A stretch of 64,000 nt of DNA from Savitreella phatthalungensis (lineage: Eukaryota), in the NCBI GenBank assembly GCA_051599415.1, contig AP039691.1, positions 1 through 64,000 on the forward strand. Direction: 5' to 3'. Shown here in pieces: positions 21,499 through 31,283 of the stretch. Within the stretch, counting starts at the first letter, position 1, and every line of letters starts with the position of its first letter. Made by a program: the position numbers and the translations under genes. Below the pieces are notes generated by a model. The model saw only the letters and a list, made by a program, of their open reading frames with translations. It made no database searches and was not told the origin of the DNA.

Positions 21499-22998
21499 AT
21501 GTCTACTCGAGTGGGAGTCCTGGCATTGCAAGGTGCCTTCGCTGAACACGTTGCGGTGCTGGAAGAGTTTCAAGACATCAAAGCGCTTGAGGTTCGAACT
21601 ATCGAAGAACTCTCGGGGCTCGACGGCTTGATTATTCCAGGAGGAGAATCAACCGTCATCGGAAAGCAGCTCCAAGCATCGGGTCTCGGTGTCGCGATCA
21701 AGCGACTTATTCAGCAAGGCACGCCAGTATATGGCACATGTGCAGGTCTGATCCTGCTATCAAACTCCCTGCGCGCCGTCAGCGGGAAGCAGGGCGGCCA
21801 ATACCTGATTGGTGGTCTAGATGTCGACCTGGAGCGCAATTACTTCGGGCGCCAGATCAACTCGTTTGAGGCCCAAGTGGACACTGAGTGTCTTGGATCG
21901 GAGCCCTTCCACGCCGTGTTCATACGGGCCCCAGCAATACACGGTCTGCTATCCGATCAAGTACACACCCTGGCCACAATCGAGCACAACGCACGGCGTG
22001 TGATTGTGGCTGTCCGGCAAGGCAATCTGATTGGCACTGCGTTCCACCCAGAATTGACGAAGGACAAGCGTTGGCATGAGTACTTCCTGAGATTGGTCCG
22101 GGAGGCGAAGTCTCCAGGTGTCCTCCTGAAGACCCACATGCCGGGACTCAAGCTCGTTGCACAAGGTAAGGTGCGCGATATCTATGAAGTGGACGACCAG
22201 AGTCTACTGTTCGTGACGACCGATCGAATGTCCGCGTATGACGTTATCATGCAGAATGGGATACCAGGTAAGGGCAAGATTTTGACGCAACTTTCTGAAT
22301 TCTGGTTCGAGAAATTGAGTGGGATCTGTCAACATCACCTGCAAACCACAGATGTAGCGAAAATGCCCCGCGCTGTACAGAAACACGCCGCTCAGGTACG
22401 AGGTCGAGCAATGTTAGTGAAGCGACTTCGCGTGCTGCCAGTTGAGGCCATCGTGCGCGGCTTCATAAGTGGGTCGGCGTGGAAAGAGTATCGATCGCGC
22501 GGGACAGTCCATGGCATACAAATGCCAACAGGGATGCAAGAATCTCAGGCCTTCCCCAAGCCGATCTTTACTCCTAGTACGAAGGCTGAGCAGGGCGACC
22601 ACGATGAGAACATCCATCCGGATGCAGTGGCTGGAATCATCGGATCAAAGCACGCGGAGAGAATGGCCGAACTTGCTATCAGCCTCTATACGGCCGCCAG
22701 GGACTGGGCCGCATCGCGGGGCATCATCATCGCCGATACAAAGTTCGAGTTCGGCGTGGACGAGAATGACGAGCTCGTGCTGGTCGACGAAGTGTTGACG
22801 CCGGATTCTTCTCGCTTCTGGCCCGCTGCCTCTTATCAAGTGGGTCGCAGTCAGGAATCGTTTGACAAACAGTACTTGCGAGATTGGTTGACAGCAAACG
22901 GAATCGACAAGAAAGATGGCGTGAGCATGCCCGATGACATTGTCCAGCGCACCGTCGAAAAGTATACCCAAGTACTGCATCTCATCATTGATGCCTAG
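21499..22998 (+). CDS. Fusion of PLP synthase glutaminase (Sno1/PdxT) and SAICAR synthetase (Ade1/PurC)
   Basis: Residues 1 to about 203: GVLALQGAF, PGGEST, GTCAG, RNYFGRQ, FIRAP, FHPE. Residues about 208-499: GKVRDIY, TDRMSAYD, FTPSTKAE, IADTKFEFG, DEVLTPDSSRFW, DKQYLRDWL. One uninterrupted ORF. Confidence 0.93.
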   Translation: MSTRVGVLALQGAFAEHVAVLEEFQDIKALEVRTIEELSGLDGLIIPGGESTVIGKQLQASGLGVAIKRLIQQGTPVYGTCAGLILLSNSLRAVSGKQGGQYLIGGLDVDLERNYFGRQINSFEAQVDTECLGSEPFHAVFIRAPAIHGLLSDQVHTLATIEHNARRVIVAVRQGNLIGTAFHPELTKDKRWHEYFLRLVREAKSPGVLLKTHMPGLKLVAQGKVRDIYEVDDQSLLFVTTDRMSAYDVIMQNGIPGKGKILTQLSEFWFEKLSGICQHHLQTTDVAKMPRAVQKHAAQVRGRAMLVKRLRVLPVEAIVRGFISGSAWKEYRSRGTVHGIQMPTGMQESQAFPKPIFTPSTKAEQGDHDENIHPDAVAGIIGSKHAERMAELAISLYTAARDWAASRGIIIADTKFEFGVDENDELVLVDEVLTPDSSRFWPAASYQVGRSQESFDKQYLRDWLTANGIDKKDGVSMPDDIVQRTVEKYTQVLHLIIDA

Positions 22999-23431
22999 TT
23001 ACAGCGCTTCGGGCAGCATGAGATGTAAAGAGATGTTCGAGGCTGATCGTACTGCCGATGACTGGCTGCTGTGAATTCTGCATAGCTTGTAGCATATTAG
23101 GGCGATCGCGCTCATCCCAGACCCATATTCCCCAGATCTCCTCCTCCTTGGAACGATGAATTATGTAGCCCTCGGACTCCAGGACATCAAGCGGAGACTC
23201 CACAATCCGTGCGAAACACTCGAGCGCGATTCGATTCAGAATGCGATAACCGCACTTTCCCTCGAGTGTCCTGTATACGAAGAAAGTACCTTCGAACTGG
23301 CACTTCGCCCACGCTTGTTGATTGACGTCGTAGGTATAAAGAACGACGTAAGGGCTTGATGCCAGGATCTCTCGGATGCTAGCGTCCTGTTTCCGGAGTA
23401 CGCGCAGATTTAGCTCGTCTCTCGCGTCCAT
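22985..23431 (-). CDS. DCP1: mRNA decapping activator subunit (EVH1 fold)
   Basis: LNLRVLRKQD, YVVLY, WAKCQFEGTFFVY, ILNR, IWGIW. Confidence 0.9.
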   Translation of the reverse strand: MDARDELNLRVLRKQDASIREILASSPYVVLYTYDVNQQAWAKCQFEGTFFVYRTLEGKCGYRILNRIALECFARIVESPLDVLESEGYIIHRSKEEEIWGIWVWDERDRPNMLQAMQNSQQPVIGSTISLEHLFTSHAARSAVTRHQ

Positions 23432-23563
23432 ATGATGTGATGTGCAGATGGTCGCTGAGTCTTAAAGATGACCTGGAAGTTGTAGTAGTGTGTCCAAGCG
23501 TGCGCTCATGAAAATCCATCGTCCAAATTTGGAAATCCCTCGTGCGTCCTTTGCTCACCTACG

Positions 23564-24733
23564 ATGTCGTCCTTTGCTGCGCGCAACCACAATTTCTTAC
23601 GACAAGCTCGATCGGCAGTCAAAGTAGCTTTGTACACAATCGTTGGCTTCAGTGGAATTACTTTGACCGGTTTTGCCGGTGTGCACGGCTTCCTGGAGAC
23701 TCAGTCTCCCACGCCGGGTAGCTGGTCGCGCGAGTCTCGATTTGCTTATCGGGCCGCACTCTTTAATGCGCGGTACCTCGATCAGCCATTGATGGCTCGC
23801 GAATACATGCACAGGGCGCTGGAGACAGTCTACGAGACCAACTCCCAGACGAATACTTCCGCGGAACGCGCAGCCACCGCACGTTTGTTGATCTTGCTTG
23901 GGGACCTCTACAAAGATGCGCAGAATTTCGAGGCAGCTCAAGAATACTATGTTGCAGCGTCGCAGGTCGCTCTAGACTTTCGACACTTGCTAGGTGCAGC
24001 AGAGCGACGTCATGGCGAGCTGTTAGAGCATACAGGGGATGTGTCGAAAGCGCGAACGTCGCTATTACGTGCCATCAATCTATTGCTCCCGCCCGTCGAC
24101 CGGACAGTTCGGGACAGCCCAGGTCAATTAGAGTCGTGGAAGGATTCGGCCCGGCTCAGTACGATCAGCATACCACCTGATCTGCCGTATGATGCGGAGC
24201 TCGCGAGGGCGCTAGTTTCGTATGCTCTGCTCACTGCACGGGGTGGTGGGCTGGAGAATGGCCTGGCAATTCTACTCAGTGTTTTGCGATATCAGCAGAC
24301 ACGCGGAGATCAGCATACGCATTCATCAAGCATGATGTCGATCTTGTGGACCTTGGCGACCGGTGCCACGGCCCGTAATGCGGATGACGATGCTCTCTGG
24401 TTGCCGACCGCTCGGCTGGTATGCGAAGAGGCGAGCACGATGTGTAACATTGCGGAGGTTGCGAACAAACTCGGCTATGCCGCTGAAGCCGAACGTTGGA
24501 TGCATCAGGCGCTACGACAGAGTCAGGATCAGAAGCACAAAGCTGATATTCACTGCTCAAGATGTGCTATAATAAGCTTGAACATGCTGGGTATATCGTC
24601 GATGAAGCACGGCGATCAAGAGACAGCTCTCCAATACATGAGGCGAGCCATGATCATTGCGGAGCAGATTGAGGATGAGTCGCTCCTACAGGAGACAGAG
24701 ACCAACATACGGCACAGTCAACCTGCAAAATAG
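23564..24733 (+). CDS. TPR-like protein, probably mitochondrial inner membrane (Mgr3-like)
   Basis: Basic presequence-like N-terminus, TM segment, TPR-like helices (LGDLYKDAQNFEAAQEYY). Confidence 0.6.
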   Translation: MSSFAARNHNFLRQARSAVKVALYTIVGFSGITLTGFAGVHGFLETQSPTPGSWSRESRFAYRAALFNARYLDQPLMAREYMHRALETVYETNSQTNTSAERAATARLLILLGDLYKDAQNFEAAQEYYVAASQVALDFRHLLGAAERRHGELLEHTGDVSKARTSLLRAINLLLPPVDRTVRDSPGQLESWKDSARLSTISIPPDLPYDAELARALVSYALLTARGGGLENGLAILLSVLRYQQTRGDQHTHSSSMMSILWTLATGATARNADDDALWLPTARLVCEEASTMCNIAEVANKLGYAAEAERWMHQALRQSQDQKHKADIHCSRCAIISLNMLGISSMKHGDQETALQYMRRAMIIAEQIEDESLLQETETNIRHSQPAK

Positions 24734-24745
24734 TATCGACTCGTC

Positions 24746-27529
24746 CTACGTTGAGCCGATCATTGCAAACCCCGCGGAAACTTGTTTATTCAGGATGTCG
24801 TAATCCGAACCGAGGACCGCCATTACCTGGTCGAATGGTCGACACACAGCGCGATCCAGCTTTTGAGCCAGCAATGCCCGGGCCACTGATTTTGCCACTC
24901 TACAGGCAGCAGTCTCAGCATTAGTGCGCTCGTCCTCTGTCGACATTGTGCTTTGTCTCCCCTGTGTCGCTTCGATCCCTTCCGCTGAGTCGCTTTCCGA
25001 TTCTGCATTGTCAGCTGTATCATCTCCTAGATGCTCTGGCCATTCAAGATGCGGCATCTTTTTGTGATTAATTTTCGCAAAAGACGAGACTTTTGAGCAG
25101 AGTACCCTCCAGGTCTGCTTCTGTGCTCTAGCAGCCAGCGGTCGCTCCAGGCGACCCAACATACACGAGTCGGTCGATGGCAACAAAGCAGCAAGTCGAG
25201 CCATCATAGTTTCCAGATCAAGCACGAAACAGACAAGCTCCTCGTCATCGTCGATTAATCTTGACTCGAGGCGCTGTAGCACGAGATCCCGTCGATCGAT
25301 GACATCCTTGAGATCGTTGTGATCAATGCCGAACCGAGATGTAGCAAGACGCTGCACGCGCCATAAGAAGTACGCCAACAGACCTCGACAAGCGAGCTTC
25401 CGATGGCGCGGCAACTCTTCGTCGATATACGAAACGACTTTATCGAACAATGTCGGCTGATCTTCGACCCATTCGGCACTGTGATCATTTGCAAAAGTCA
25501 TCGTGGCGATACGCAAGAGCGATGTCTCCGATGGGCGGATCTCGTGCAAGATTTCAAGGCGGACAGTGTTGAAAATCTGCGCCATCTTGTCCTGGGCGAC
25601 TGTGATGAGCAGCTGCTGCTCGCACATGTGCATCATGACAGCAGCAGCGAGGTTGAGCACCTGTTCGTCGCGGAAGCCGAGGAAGATATCACCCACGTCG
25701 GACATTAAGTTTGTGATCACATCGAGCTGAAATTGCTCAGTCAAGCTGCAAAGATCGATTTTGTGCAAGGTTGCGAGAATACTCACCGTGGCCGGAACTG
25801 AGTTGAGGCACTTCAGGAGTTTAGACGCTGAAGCAATGAAGTCAAAACAGCATCCCGGCGCGCTTTGCTGCTTGTCGCTGCTAGTGCGCGTCATGTAAGC
25901 GCCAAGCACTCGAAGCATTGCAAGTTGCTCTTCGCTAGACAATCGGTTCTGTCCGGCACTCTGATCATCCATGCTCAGCGCTTGCAGAATCCGGCTGGCG
26001 TCAAGATTGTCAAGATGAGGGATTATCGACGAAGCCGCTACTTCGCTCGCCGAAGTATCGCCGAAGCCGCTGACGCCACCAATGGGTGCCAGTCGCTGAG
26101 AAGGGGTTCTTTCCAGATCGGCAAACAGCTGCGCAAGAACCTTGATCCTGTGAACGGCGTCGTGACCAAGCTTCTTTTTATATTGCGAAACATGATTCTC
26201 CCAACGCTCATCGAGAACACCGGCGAAGAGAGCGGCGGCAGCCTCGCGCACACGCAATTCTGCATCATACAGATTCAGCAGAAGCGTCTTGACTTCCCCC
26301 TCATTTAAGAACCCTCGCTCGCGGAGACTCTGTGCAAGGAAAAGCACTTTTGAGCGTACGCTCGAGTCTGCATCTGAGGAAGCCATCTCTAGTAGTCGCG
26401 CCTTGAACTTGCTTGTGAAATGGCGCAAACCAGCCACATAGTCGTCCATTGCGTACAGAGCGGGAAGCAATTTCACCGCGGCCATACGAACCTGATGGGC
26501 TGGATCGGACAATTGCCAACCGACATACCTCAGGTAAGCGCCATCGTAGAAGACGCCGGGCAAGCGAGTCATCCAGTCGCCCAGCGCCTTGATGCAGTCT
26601 GTCCGGATGTGCCAGTCTACGTCACGATATCGGTGCACGAAGATCTCGTCAATCAGGTTTCCGACTGTAGTCTTCAATGTTTGAACAAGCTCTGTCTTTG
26701 TGTCGCGGGTATGACTCAACTGCGTCTGGCGGCTATGTGCTGTGTTGCCTTTGCGTTGGGCTGACTCGATCTTTGCATTGCATCCACTAATCTCGCTTTC
26801 CAACGCAGCGATGCGATCGACAAACGCTGTTATACACTGTAGGGCAAATGTTGTCGCACTGTGTCTGAAAGACCTTAAATTCGCGGCAGACATGCTGCTT
26901 ATCCACTTCTCGACGACGTCAAAGAAGCTCTGTTCGTCCTCATTTGGTGCGACGATGAGCTCACGATCGACAATTTGATTTGTAAGCTGTCGCACGAACG
27001 ACGGCAAGGTCTTTCGAAGCGTCCGGAAATGTTTTTCCATGGAAACGAGCGGATAAGTTGCGCCACCTATAGCATGGCCCGTGCTATCTGTCGTTATCAA
27101 ATTTTCCTGGATTTGCGCCAATGTGTCCCGTGCAGAATCGCTGTCCTGGACGTCAAATGCCGTGATATTGTGTCGCGAGCCGGCGATACGCAGCAGACAA
27201 TTGACAAGCTCAGCTAGCGTATCGTGAGGCGACGACTGGAAAGCATCCAGCACGTCCGCCGCGGTCGTCGACGCTGTAGAATCGGGATCTAGCAGCGATG
27301 TAAAGATTTCATTGTCGTTCAGGACCTCGTTATGACGATCTTCGAGCTCGGAGGCTGACGGAGCGGTCTTGCTGCGCTTGCGCTGCGCGGCAATGACGCT
27401 CGTCTTGCCGCGTTTGCGCCCATCGAGAGTGTTGCTCTGGAGCTGTGCGCCGTTGGATCGCTCCATCTCTTGTAGAATTGGTACACGGATGCGCTGTGAA
27501 CGCCGCGGGTTCCTCGATACACTCGACAT
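24746..27529 (-). CDS. Cohesin STAG/Scc3-family subunit (Psc3 or Rec11 type)
   Basis: LRSFRHSAT, FVHRYRDVDWHIRTDCI, YLRYVGWQLSD. Confidence 0.92.
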   Translation of the reverse strand: MSSVSRNPRRSQRIRVPILQEMERSNGAQLQSNTLDGRKRGKTSVIAAQRKRSKTAPSASELEDRHNEVLNDNEIFTSLLDPDSTASTTAADVLDAFQSSPHDTLAELVNCLLRIAGSRHNITAFDVQDSDSARDTLAQIQENLITTDSTGHAIGGATYPLVSMEKHFRTLRKTLPSFVRQLTNQIVDRELIVAPNEDEQSFFDVVEKWISSMSAANLRSFRHSATTFALQCITAFVDRIAALESEISGCNAKIESAQRKGNTAHSRQTQLSHTRDTKTELVQTLKTTVGNLIDEIFVHRYRDVDWHIRTDCIKALGDWMTRLPGVFYDGAYLRYVGWQLSDPAHQVRMAAVKLLPALYAMDDYVAGLRHFTSKFKARLLEMASSDADSSVRSKVLFLAQSLRERGFLNEGEVKTLLLNLYDAELRVREAAAALFAGVLDERWENHVSQYKKKLGHDAVHRIKVLAQLFADLERTPSQRLAPIGGVSGFGDTSASEVAASSIIPHLDNLDASRILQALSMDDQSAGQNRLSSEEQLAMLRVLGAYMTRTSSDKQQSAPGCCFDFIASASKLLKCLNSVPATVSILATLHKIDLCSLTEQFQLDVITNLMSDVGDIFLGFRDEQVLNLAAAVMMHMCEQQLLITVAQDKMAQIFNTVRLEILHEIRPSETSLLRIATMTFANDHSAEWVEDQPTLFDKVVSYIDEELPRHRKLACRGLLAYFLWRVQRLATSRFGIDHNDLKDVIDRRDLVLQRLESRLIDDDEELVCFVLDLETMMARLAALLPSTDSCMLGRLERPLAARAQKQTWRVLCSKVSSFAKINHKKMPHLEWPEHLGDDTADNAESESDSAEGIEATQGRQSTMSTEDERTNAETAACRVAKSVARALLAQKLDRAVCRPFDQVMAVLGSDYDILNKQVSAGFAMIGST

Positions 27530-27829
27530 GTCCTTGTTGACCTACAACTGAACCATCAGGCGCGTCTTTATTAACAAATTACCACAACGATCATCTGCGT
27601 GTACGATTTCGCGACGATGTCACGTGATCAGAGAGGATCGCCAAAATGTCTGAGTGGTCTGGAGATCACATGATCGGGTAAACAGTTAATTATTATGTGT
27701 ACCGATGTTTGCACCCTAAGGAATTTTCAGCGCGGTTATATTCAGGTATGATTTCTGAAAGAATATGCAATTCTGAGATACACTTCTCCATAGCCATTTG
27801 TCATCTTGCCGAGGAGATGCGTACACCAT

Positions 27830-28498
27830 CTACCGCATCGCCTGCTTGCCTTGCCTCTTGAGAACCTTGCGACGTTGCGAGATCATGTAAGTGAAGAGAA
27901 TATAGAATCCAGGAAGATACGTCAGCATAGCAGCGACTAGGAAATACCAGTACAGCGGATTGAGAGTATTGGCTTTATCGAGAGATATGAAGACCAGCCA
28001 GGTCTCCGATGCCACACCGACCGGGTATAGAACGTAAAATAGGCTGTAACGCAGCCACAGCAGGACATCCGGAACCTGGCCCTGCAGATGTATAGCATAA
28101 TAACTGTAGCGAAGCACTTCCGTCACTGACCACGCTGCCAGCATGGATGCGAACGCCGGTGAACGCGAGGTCAGCTCGGGAAACTGTCGGTCAATGCCCC
28201 AAACAAGCAAAAGGCGTGACGAAACCTGCATGACAGTCGTGCTCACTGGCGATGAGACGATTCTCAGGAGAGAGTGTACGATTTCGAGCAACGCGCTCGT
28301 TTGCACCCAAAACAACATCGTTGCAACAGAATCGTGCGCCGTCCTCAAACCAGAGACACGGGCGATGAGGAAGAAGTGTACGACCACAAACGCCCACAAT
28401 AGTGCTTCGACAGTGTTGTAGAGCACAAGGTATTTCCGAGCGAACGGATTCAGCCGACGAGCGGCTGCCTTTTTACTTGAACGAGTCTGCGCTGGCAT
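27830..28498 (-). CDS. PHS1: Very-long-chain 3-hydroxyacyl-CoA dehydratase (PTPLA family)
   Basis: YLVLYN, QVSSR, EVLRYSYY, WLRYSLFYVLYPVGVASE, YMISQRRKVL. Confidence 0.94.
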   Translation of the reverse strand: MPAQTRSSKKAAARRLNPFARKYLVLYNTVEALLWAFVVVHFFLIARVSGLRTAHDSVATMLFWVQTSALLEIVHSLLRIVSSPVSTTVMQVSSRLLLVWGIDRQFPELTSRSPAFASMLAAWSVTEVLRYSYYAIHLQGQVPDVLLWLRYSLFYVLYPVGVASETWLVFISLDKANTLNPLYWYFLVAAMLTYLPGFYILFTYMISQRRKVLKRQGKQAMR

Positions 28499-29091
28499 GG
28501 TGCAAATGCCGGACAAGAAGAGCTCGCGCCCGAGACCTGGATTTAAAAAGATTGAGAAACGAGGAACGTGGAGTTCCGGGTGATATGAAGCTCCTCAGGA
28601 GAAGTCTCGTGGTTACAAGGTCAAAAGAGCTGTTTGTGTCAGGCTATGAATCGATGTGCGATTTGCCGATGCCTGTATGTCTCGGAAAAGGAGTTTTGGC
28701 GCGACGTTCGTCTGCAGTAGTTAAGCTCTTCCGACCAGCCTCTGTTCATTGTATGCTAATCAGCACCGCCGCCATTGCCGCGATTGCAAGGCACCATGTA
28801 TCAAAGTGATTGATCCTTTGTGCTTCGATCGCTGGAATTCGTGCTGAGCCGTGGCCAGCTGTAAATTAACTGAGGCAGAAAAATCCACTGGAGCTTACTG
28901 GATTAGAGAGGAACTCCACAATCGGTACAATCTGTGCATCCACCACCAGGAGCGAGCTATGACTGGCCTCAACAAGCTCGCCTGTCGTCGTCCAGTGGAC
29001 GAGAATGCGCACGCAACGGCTGATATGCTCGCGTAGCCGAGATCATGATACTGATGCTTTCTTGAGCTGTACGATACGCTGAGCAAGCATT

Positions 29092-30570
29092 ATGAAGATC
29101 GATAAGCTCTCAGCACTTTTGGATGATATTCTGGATGATCTCAGTGCGCGATTCATCATTAATCTGCCGGACAGCGAGTTGTCCTCTGTGACTCGCGTTT
29201 GTTTTGGGCTCGAGCAGGCACACTGGTTCTACGAGGACTTCTATCGGCCGCGACACCCGGAGCTGCCATCGGTGAATCTGCGCGCATTCACATCCGCTCT
29301 TTTCTCCCACTGTCCGCTGTTGTGGAAATTCAGCGGGGAATTGGAGAGCGCCTTTGATGATTTCTTAAGATATAAAGTACGTGTACCGATCCGCGGTGGC
29401 ATTCTGCTGAACAGCGCGCTCGACAAGTGCGTGCTTGTCAAAGGTTGGAGCAAGGGAGCTGGCTGGGGATTTCCTAAGGGCAAGATCGATCAGCAAGAGG
29501 ATGACGCTGCATGTGCCGTGCGCGAAGTCTTCGAGGAGTGTGGCTTCGATGTTTCGGCATATGTGCTTCCAAATGAGTTCATTGACGTCGTTATGAAGGA
29601 GTCGAGAATGCGCCTTTACATCATACCAAATGTGCCGGAGGACACTCGTTTTGAGCCACAGACGCGGAAGGAGATCTCTAGAATCGACTGGTTTTCCTTG
29701 GACAGCCTTCCAACTTATGCGAAAACTGGCACCGACGCAGCCAGTAAGAATAAATTCTATATGGTCGCACCATTCATGGTCCCGTTACGCCGCTGGATCA
29801 AGCGGAATCGCCGCAAGGTTGTGGTGAACCCCACAGTGCCCAATAGAGAAGACGACAGGCCTCAAAAGCTCGTCCTAGAAGATACGGAACACAACGAGAA
29901 CGTCCTTCACGAGGCCCCGGTAAATGACCACGCTTCAGTTGCCCTGAAGCTGCTGCTCGGAATTGGAAACGGCATGCATTCGTCAGAACCATTGCAGAAA
30001 TCAGGTCAGAGATCTAGCCGGTCAACAAACGAGCCCCTTCGTGATGATACAAGGTTGTCTGCCCAGCAGCAGACCACGGCAGCCGATGCTGCTTTGCGAG
30101 GAGAAGCTCTGGGCATGCAGGCAAGCGACACCTCTGGGTCATTGTTGGCATTGCTACAGACGGGCCAGAAGAATTTCAAGGCGACGCCTCCTGGAGTCCC
30201 TGCCATCGCCACTTCGGATCATGGAAAGTCGCTTCTGGGGCTGCTAGATCCTTCTCTCGGTGCGACCAGCCAATCTGCAACGCAACACCCGAACATTCCT
30301 TCCAGCGATCGATCCATGCCGATTCGCGTATCACAGAGGTCCACAGCTGCACCGGCCGAAGAGCAATGGCAGAGCCTGCTCTCTCTTCTACGAGGTGGTA
30401 GTCCGATGCAGCACCCGCCGGCGGTCAATCTTAGGACGAGAGAAATCCAGAGGCCCAAGCCTGAGACTGGAACAATCAAGCATTCCTCAGAAGAACCTTC
30501 GACAGTCACCGGTAGCGCGACCGATGCACTTCTGCTCGACTACCTGCAACAGGCAGTCAGTCGAATGTAG
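29092..30570 (+). CDS. DCP2: mRNA decapping enzyme catalytic subunit
   Basis: Box A (LDDLSARFIIN, EQAHWFYEDF), Nudix box GKIDQQEDDAACAVREVFEECG, disordered tail with LLxLL helical motifs. Confidence 0.95.
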   Translation: MKIDKLSALLDDILDDLSARFIINLPDSELSSVTRVCFGLEQAHWFYEDFYRPRHPELPSVNLRAFTSALFSHCPLLWKFSGELESAFDDFLRYKVRVPIRGGILLNSALDKCVLVKGWSKGAGWGFPKGKIDQQEDDAACAVREVFEECGFDVSAYVLPNEFIDVVMKESRMRLYIIPNVPEDTRFEPQTRKEISRIDWFSLDSLPTYAKTGTDAASKNKFYMVAPFMVPLRRWIKRNRRKVVVNPTVPNREDDRPQKLVLEDTEHNENVLHEAPVNDHASVALKLLLGIGNGMHSSEPLQKSGQRSSRSTNEPLRDDTRLSAQQQTTAADAALRGEALGMQASDTSGSLLALLQTGQKNFKATPPGVPAIATSDHGKSLLGLLDPSLGATSQSATQHPNIPSSDRSMPIRVSQRSTAAPAEEQWQSLLSLLRGGSPMQHPPAVNLRTREIQRPKPETGTIKHSSEEPSTVTGSATDALLLDYLQQAVSRM

Positions 30571-30592
30571 AAATGGTATTTACAGGCCGTAT

Positions 30593-31009
30593 TCAGACGG
30601 TATGAGCCGACTCCGATACGAATGGGGACCATATGCCGCGCACGGACTCATTTATGCTTGTGACGGGTCGAGTAGTGCGTACGAGCTTCTTGCCAGAGCT
30701 ATCCCTGAGTATATTCAGCTTTCCGTTGATTTCATCGGCCGACAAATTCCGCACACAGATGACCTTTTCCCGGCCATTCACATAGTGACCACGTAGAATA
30801 GGATGCCTGTGCGGCCGCTTCCTCACGATCAAGTCGATTTGCGGGTTTGCGGTTGCAAAAGTACGAAGGCGATTGAGCAAAAAGTCATTCATACCTCGCG
30901 AGCTGCCAGCCCAGTCACAGTACGCGAGCTCTATGCTTTTGCACTGTAGCAGAAAGTTGCCAATACCGTTACGTCCTCGAGTGGCTCCTGCGGCCACCTT
31001 GACAGACAT
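30593..31009 (-). CDS. MRPL51: Mitochondrial ribosomal protein mL43
   Basis: NGIGNFLLQCK, YCDWAGSSRGM, NESVRGIWSPF. Confidence 0.92.
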   Translation of the reverse strand: MSVKVAAGATRGRNGIGNFLLQCKSIELAYCDWAGSSRGMNDFLLNRLRTFATANPQIDLIVRKRPHRHPILRGHYVNGREKVICVRNLSADEINGKLNILRDSSGKKLVRTTRPVTSINESVRGIWSPFVSESAHTV

Positions 31010-31283
31010 CCTTGCAGTTGTAGTGCCGGTGCGAGATTGTGTCCGCTCGCGGATGAGTCGGAGGTTTTAAATTCTGAAAGATGCGAAGAGACCCAGAACT
31101 GCTTCTTGCGTGTAGGTATGCCGTGTGCAATTTCTTTTGGAAGAGGAACAATAAATCACTGCGTGGTGAGCTGCGACTATGTAGCAGGTAGAACATGCAA
31201 TATTAGCATTCTGCGATCACATCGTCGTCAGGACAGCTGTCGAGAAGGACGGGAACGATCGCTCATGAGCTGCAGCATTCGCG

